Assembly: GCA_016840855.1 (NCBI GenBank)
Contig: JAEORO010000059.1
Coordinates: 1 to 11,559, forward strand
Length of the DNA stretch: 11,559 bases
Source: Candidatus Thorarchaeota archaeon
GTDB lineage: Archaea > Asgardarchaeota > Thorarchaeia > Thorarchaeales > Thorarchaeaceae
Reading direction: 5' to 3'
Shown here piece by piece: positions 7,844-11,559 of the stretch (its first letter is position 1; each line of letters opens with the position of its first letter). The position numbers were made by a program, and so were the translations under genes. The notes beneath the pieces are model-generated. The model was given only the letters and a program-made list of their open reading frames with translations, had not been told where the DNA came from and did no database searches.

Positions 7844-10819
7844 TTGAGCCTGTTGAATAGAAGAATCGGAACCCTCTTGCTACTGGCACTATTTGTGACA
7901 AGTAGTTTTATAGCTGTAAGTCCCATTTCGAAGACTTTGGAATCAGAATACTTGGCTCATAACAGTGACATTAGGTCAACATTGGCCGAGTCCGCAGTTA
8001 ATCTATCCATCCCCTATGTTGATGATTACTACGGAATTACTGATGGAATAATTGACCCAACTGAATATGCACTCACTTACACGGATCCAGTGACCGGGGT
8101 TAGAGTATATGCAGAACATAATGGCACTGTGTTGTTTCTTGGTCTGGAAGCAAACACAACTGGCTGGATAGGCATTGCGTGGCAAAACTACACTGGTTCA
8201 TTTACATCAGCTGGCCTAAACAATAGTGATATCATAGTGGGATACTCACCAGGCTCGCTTCTCAGCAGTTACTGGAGAGTACGACCTACAGATGCTGTGA
8301 CCGTACACTATGTTTTGACATTGAGAAATGGTACAGTGCTTCAAGAGGCAGAGTATCCAGAGATTACATCTGTCCAACCTCTTGAAGATGTTCCTGCGCT
8401 CCAAATGTACAAGGATGCAATACTTGGAATGAGGATTGGGGAAATCCGTCATTTCACAATTCCTGCTGATCAAGCTTACACGAATCCAACTCATGGGCTA
8501 TATGGAGAGGACTTGATATACGATATTGAACTGACTAGGATTTACAGGAGTACTATATCAGAGATTGACAATCCTGCCGATCAAAGCCAGATTGTATACA
8601 AGGATCAATATGGCTCAAGCACATTTCGACACCAAGATGATACAGACCAATCAAGAATTCTACAAGCAGATGGGACTGATAATGGGACAATAACTCAACT
8701 AGAATTTGCTATTCTTTTGAACAGCACCGATACCAATGACATCCCATTATTCAATAGCACAGATGTTCGATTTCCATTCGTCTTTATGTTTGGTAACAAT
8801 GAGGAACTATACGGATTACCAGAACAACATACCTACTGGAATGCACCCGCTATGATGAACATTGTGCCAAATGCACCTCCACGACTGGAAGTTGAAAGTC
8901 CACAAGAGAACGATGTCCTTGAGTGGGTTGCTAATATACAGCTCAACGCTACCGATGATTGGGTAAAAGCTGCATCATATCGATTTGATCAGGAAGAATG
9001 GAACTCTCTGAGTTTCAACTTCCTCAATGGATTTTGGGAAGATACCTTTGATCTGTCCGAATTTGATGAAGGTGCTCATACCATCTCATACAATGCTACA
9101 GACGCATCAGATGCTACAGCCATAACGATTGTAAATGTCGTCATTGACCGACCATATTCTCCCTTTATGGGCATGAAAGTGGATGTGGAGCGTAAAGTAA
9201 TCCCAACTGTAAACTATGGAGTAAAAGTGGAGGATATCTATACAATAGCTAATAATGGCTCAGCTCCAATCACTAATCTTGATATATACCTCCCTGATGA
9301 ATATGCATCAAACTTTTTGTCATTTGAAGCCGTAGACAATGATGGTAATGAAATAGTCTTCCTTCGTCTTTCAAATTCCAATGGCATGTTACGATGGAGA
9401 TTGCATTTCAGTGATCCAATCGGATTTCAAGAACAGTACTCCATCAAAACAACTATGTATATGACATCCCTATTCTGGCTGTCACTTCCAAGAGAATGGG
9501 AATATCGACTTGAGTTTCTTAAATATCCACTTCTTGCTTATGTAATTAATAACGCAGAATTTGCGTTGGTCTTTGAGCAAGGGGGCTCTTTAGTCCCAGG
9601 CGAACCAGTCCCAGATTCGACTGATCACAACATTGCTCCATTCACCTCGATTACTTTTGGTTCAAATCTGCGACTCTACAACACACACATTGTGGCTGAT
9701 CGTATCACACGCGTCACAGTTGATGCGTGGGGATGGTTGTCCTATAGAGAAATTGTCACACTCGACAACACGGGTGCAGGTGTGCTTCACACACTCGAAT
9801 TCACTATTCCTGCCTATTCTACCGGTATCACCATCTACGATGAGGTTGGGATTCTTGCGCAGGCTCAAAGGCTCATAAACTATAACGAATTTAATGAAAC
9901 CAGCGTCATTAGGATAAACTTTGATGCTGATAGATTTGGCTCAGGTTTTGAATCAGGATTTAGATATACATTCACCGTAGACTATACTGTTCAGACAAGC
10001 AGTTACCAAAGTGCAGTCGCAGATGGCAATCATCTCAAAATACCGATGGCTGTTTTAGCTGATGTTCTTATCCAGAGACATGTTATTGATGTTGTAATGA
10101 CGCCATCAGTGTCATTGACCGATGCAACTGAAGGTTATCGTACACTCTTTGGCGTCTTTGACACTACTCTTAGATACACAGCATATAATACAACTGGAAG
10201 AAATCCAATCACAATCGAACTAGTCTATGCAACAACGCTCGGAGCTGCAGCAAGACCTGCGCTCTTTTCGTTAATAGTAGGGTTCGTTGGTCTTGTATAT
10301 GTAACGATGAGAAAGGTCGAGTTACCAGAAGAAGTCACAGGACCTAAAGATGAAGATGAAGTCATGGACACTCAAGCCAAGCAAGTCGGAGCTCCTCCTG
10401 AGCTTCTTAGAGAGTTCGCAAACCTCTATTCAAGGAAGACAGCTCTCAACATGGACTTGGAGAAACTAGATGCAGCTCGAAGAAGAGGGAAGGTGAAGAA
10501 GAGAGAATATATGATTCGTGAACGCGATCTGAAACAACAAATCGATGAAATTGATAACAAGCTCCCAAGCTTGAGATCTGAACTAGTTGACTATGGGGCT
10601 AGGTATCGCGATCTTGTTGGTCAGCTAGAACTGCAAGATGAGCGAATCGAAGGTGCCAAGGCTGGTCTTCGCCAACTCCTTCTACGTAAGAAGAAGCAAC
10701 GAATCAGTCGTGTCGCATTCGAAAAATCTCGCCAAGACTATCTGAAGACTATTCAGAAGGCAACAAGTGCCAGTGACCGTATCTTACTGACACTACAAGA
10801 GGAAGCTGGAGACATTTAG
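7844..10819 (+). CDS. ribophorin I (RPN1/Ost1)-like type I membrane protein with N-terminal DOMON domain, inserted FKBP domain and Ig-like domain
   Basis: Signal peptide aa 1-~27. DOMON motifs (GWIGIAW, SDIIVGY, DQYG..H..D, LEF..LNSTDTND.PL). FKBP motifs aa ~145-233. Ig-like segment NAPPRLEVESP...DEGAHTISYNATD. Ribophorin I-like motifs NIAPFTS, RVTVDAWG, LDNTGA, IPAYSTGITIYDEVG and GFRYTFTVDY. TM helix aa ~805-822, then a helical basic tail. TTG start with GGTGA at 7833-7837. Confidence 0.78.
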   Translation: MSLLNRRIGTLLLLALFVTSSFIAVSPISKTLESEYLAHNSDIRSTLAESAVNLSIPYVDDYYGITDGIIDPTEYALTYTDPVTGVRVYAEHNGTVLFLGLEANTTGWIGIAWQNYTGSFTSAGLNNSDIIVGYSPGSLLSSYWRVRPTDAVTVHYVLTLRNGTVLQEAEYPEITSVQPLEDVPALQMYKDAILGMRIGEIRHFTIPADQAYTNPTHGLYGEDLIYDIELTRIYRSTISEIDNPADQSQIVYKDQYGSSTFRHQDDTDQSRILQADGTDNGTITQLEFAILLNSTDTNDIPLFNSTDVRFPFVFMFGNNEELYGLPEQHTYWNAPAMMNIVPNAPPRLEVESPQENDVLEWVANIQLNATDDWVKAASYRFDQEEWNSLSFNFLNGFWEDTFDLSEFDEGAHTISYNATDASDATAITIVNVVIDRPYSPFMGMKVDVERKVIPTVNYGVKVEDIYTIANNGSAPITNLDIYLPDEYASNFLSFEAVDNDGNEIVFLRLSNSNGMLRWRLHFSDPIGFQEQYSIKTTMYMTSLFWLSLPREWEYRLEFLKYPLLAYVINNAEFALVFEQGGSLVPGEPVPDSTDHNIAPFTSITFGSNLRLYNTHIVADRITRVTVDAWGWLSYREIVTLDNTGAGVLHTLEFTIPAYSTGITIYDEVGILAQAQRLINYNEFNETSVIRINFDADRFGSGFESGFRYTFTVDYTVQTSSYQSAVADGNHLKIPMAVLADVLIQRHVIDVVMTPSVSLTDATEGYRTLFGVFDTTLRYTAYNTTGRNPITIELVYATTLGAAARPALFSLIVGFVGLVYVTMRKVELPEEVTGPKDEDEVMDTQAKQVGAPPELLREFANLYSRKTALNMDLEKLDAARRRGKVKKREYMIRERDLKQQIDEIDNKLPSLRSELVDYGARYRDLVGQLELQDERIEGAKAGLRQLLLRKKKQRISRVAFEKSRQDYLKTIQKATSASDRILLTLQEEAGDI

Positions 10820-10837
10820 GTAGACCAAATCTACCTA
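10817..10837. repeat. perfect 8-bp inverted repeat TAGGTAGA-N5-TCTACCTA (hairpin/terminator or operator)
   Basis: Seen directly. The left arm begins with the TAG stop of the 991-aa gene, and the repeat is followed by TGTTT. Confidence 0.55.
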
Positions 10838-10940
10838 TGTTTCCGCCTCTGCTAGTTCAGAAGTCCCCCAAGTTGTACCAGAAAGCAACTCTTATCAAAC
10901 AAGACGTAGTTCAAGATTGTCCTCATGCAGGTAGTTTACA

Positions 10941-11559
10941 ATGAATAAAAGTGAAGTAATCGAACGTGAGAATATCCGCGCACGAGATTTACTAGATGGT
11001 GAGTCACGCGCCTTAGAGGTGTATCAATATCTTACAGGTTCCCCCAAAGTCCAATCATACCTTCGTTCAGCAAATCGAATGGCTGTTTCTAGACTAGGTT
11101 ATACAGACCATGGTCCAGTTCATGCTGAAGTGGCAACATGGAACGCGTTGAAAGCATTCGATATTTTGGAAGAAACATTCCAACCAAATGTGGTAGCAGA
11201 AGGAATTGGTGATATAGACGATGCGTGCCTAATTGTTCTCGCATCAACATACCTGCATGATATCGGGATGGTTGTACATAGGAATGAACACCCACAAGCG
11301 TCAATTAACCTAGCTGGACCAATTCTCGAGGATAAACTCATGGACATCTATAATGATCCAAGCAAAGCTACTGACATTCTCTCCTTTATCTACCACGGAA
11401 TTTATGCTCACGATGATGATACACAGTGTCTAACCCTTGAGGCTGGAATCACAAAACTTGGAGATGGCTGTGACTTAACGAAGGGTCGCACAAAGGTTCC
11501 TTTTCAGAAAGGTAAGGTCGATATTCATAGCGTAAGTGCGATGGCGATTAACAATGTAA
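10941..11559 (+). CDS. HD-superfamily metal-dependent phosphohydrolase, COG3294-like (partial, runs off the window)
   Basis: Manual translation from ATG 10941 is open to the end: MNKSEVIERE...ANRMAVSRLGYTDHGPVHAE...YLHDIGMVVHRNEH...HGIYAHD...TLEAGITKLGDGCDLTKGR...DIHSVSAMAI. It carries the H...HD...D metal ligands. Absent from the ORF track because there is no stop in the window. Confidence 0.9.
   Translation, partial: MNKSEVIERENIRARDLLDGESRALEVYQYLTGSPKVQSYLRSANRMAVSRLGYTDHGPVHAEVATWNALKAFDILEETFQPNVVAEGIGDIDDACLIVLASTYLHDIGMVVHRNEHPQASINLAGPILEDKLMDIYNDPSKATDILSFIYHGIYAHDDDTQCLTLEAGITKLGDGCDLTKGRTKVPFQKGKVDIHSVSAMAINNV

Noticed and set aside
8003-9878. Short alternative-frame and antisense ORFs inside the 991-aa gene
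   Set aside because: No motifs, and they overlap a coherent multidomain CDS.
10817-10855. TAG readthrough (pyrrolysine-like recoding) suggested by the hairpin at the stop
   Set aside because: Readthrough would add only 11 residues before another TAG and would not join the next gene.
11089-11347. Two minus-strand ORFs (71 and 75 aa)
   Set aside because: Antisense to the clear HD-domain gene on the + strand.

Overview
Archaeal chromosomal window. A ribophorin I-like gene suggests an Asgard archaeon, possibly Thorarchaeota-like (inference, not a database result). Left part (+ strand): the 3' end of a membrane-protein gene, a candidate 31-aa membrane peptide, then the information-processing cluster DUF424 - NMD3 - aIF1A - Rio1 kinase - Dim2/Pno1 KH protein - topoisomerase VI B - topoisomerase VI A. 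Right part: an AglH/Alg7-type GlcNAc-1-phosphotransferase gene (- strand) lies head-to-head with a 991-aa type I membrane protein. By eye this protein is a ribophorin I (RPN1/Ost1, oligosaccharyltransferase subunit) homologue with a ~440-aa N-terminal extension: a DOMON domain with an FKBP-type PPIase domain inserted in it, plus an Ig-like domain. It ends in a basic helical cytoplasmic tail. The window ends inside a COG3294-like HD-domain gene that the ORF track missed. The most interesting element is the DOMON/FKBP-Ig-ribophorin fusion paired with the first enzyme of lipid-linked N-glycan synthesis. No RNA genes, mobile elements or CRISPR arrays were seen. All domain calls come from manual motif recognition, not from searches.
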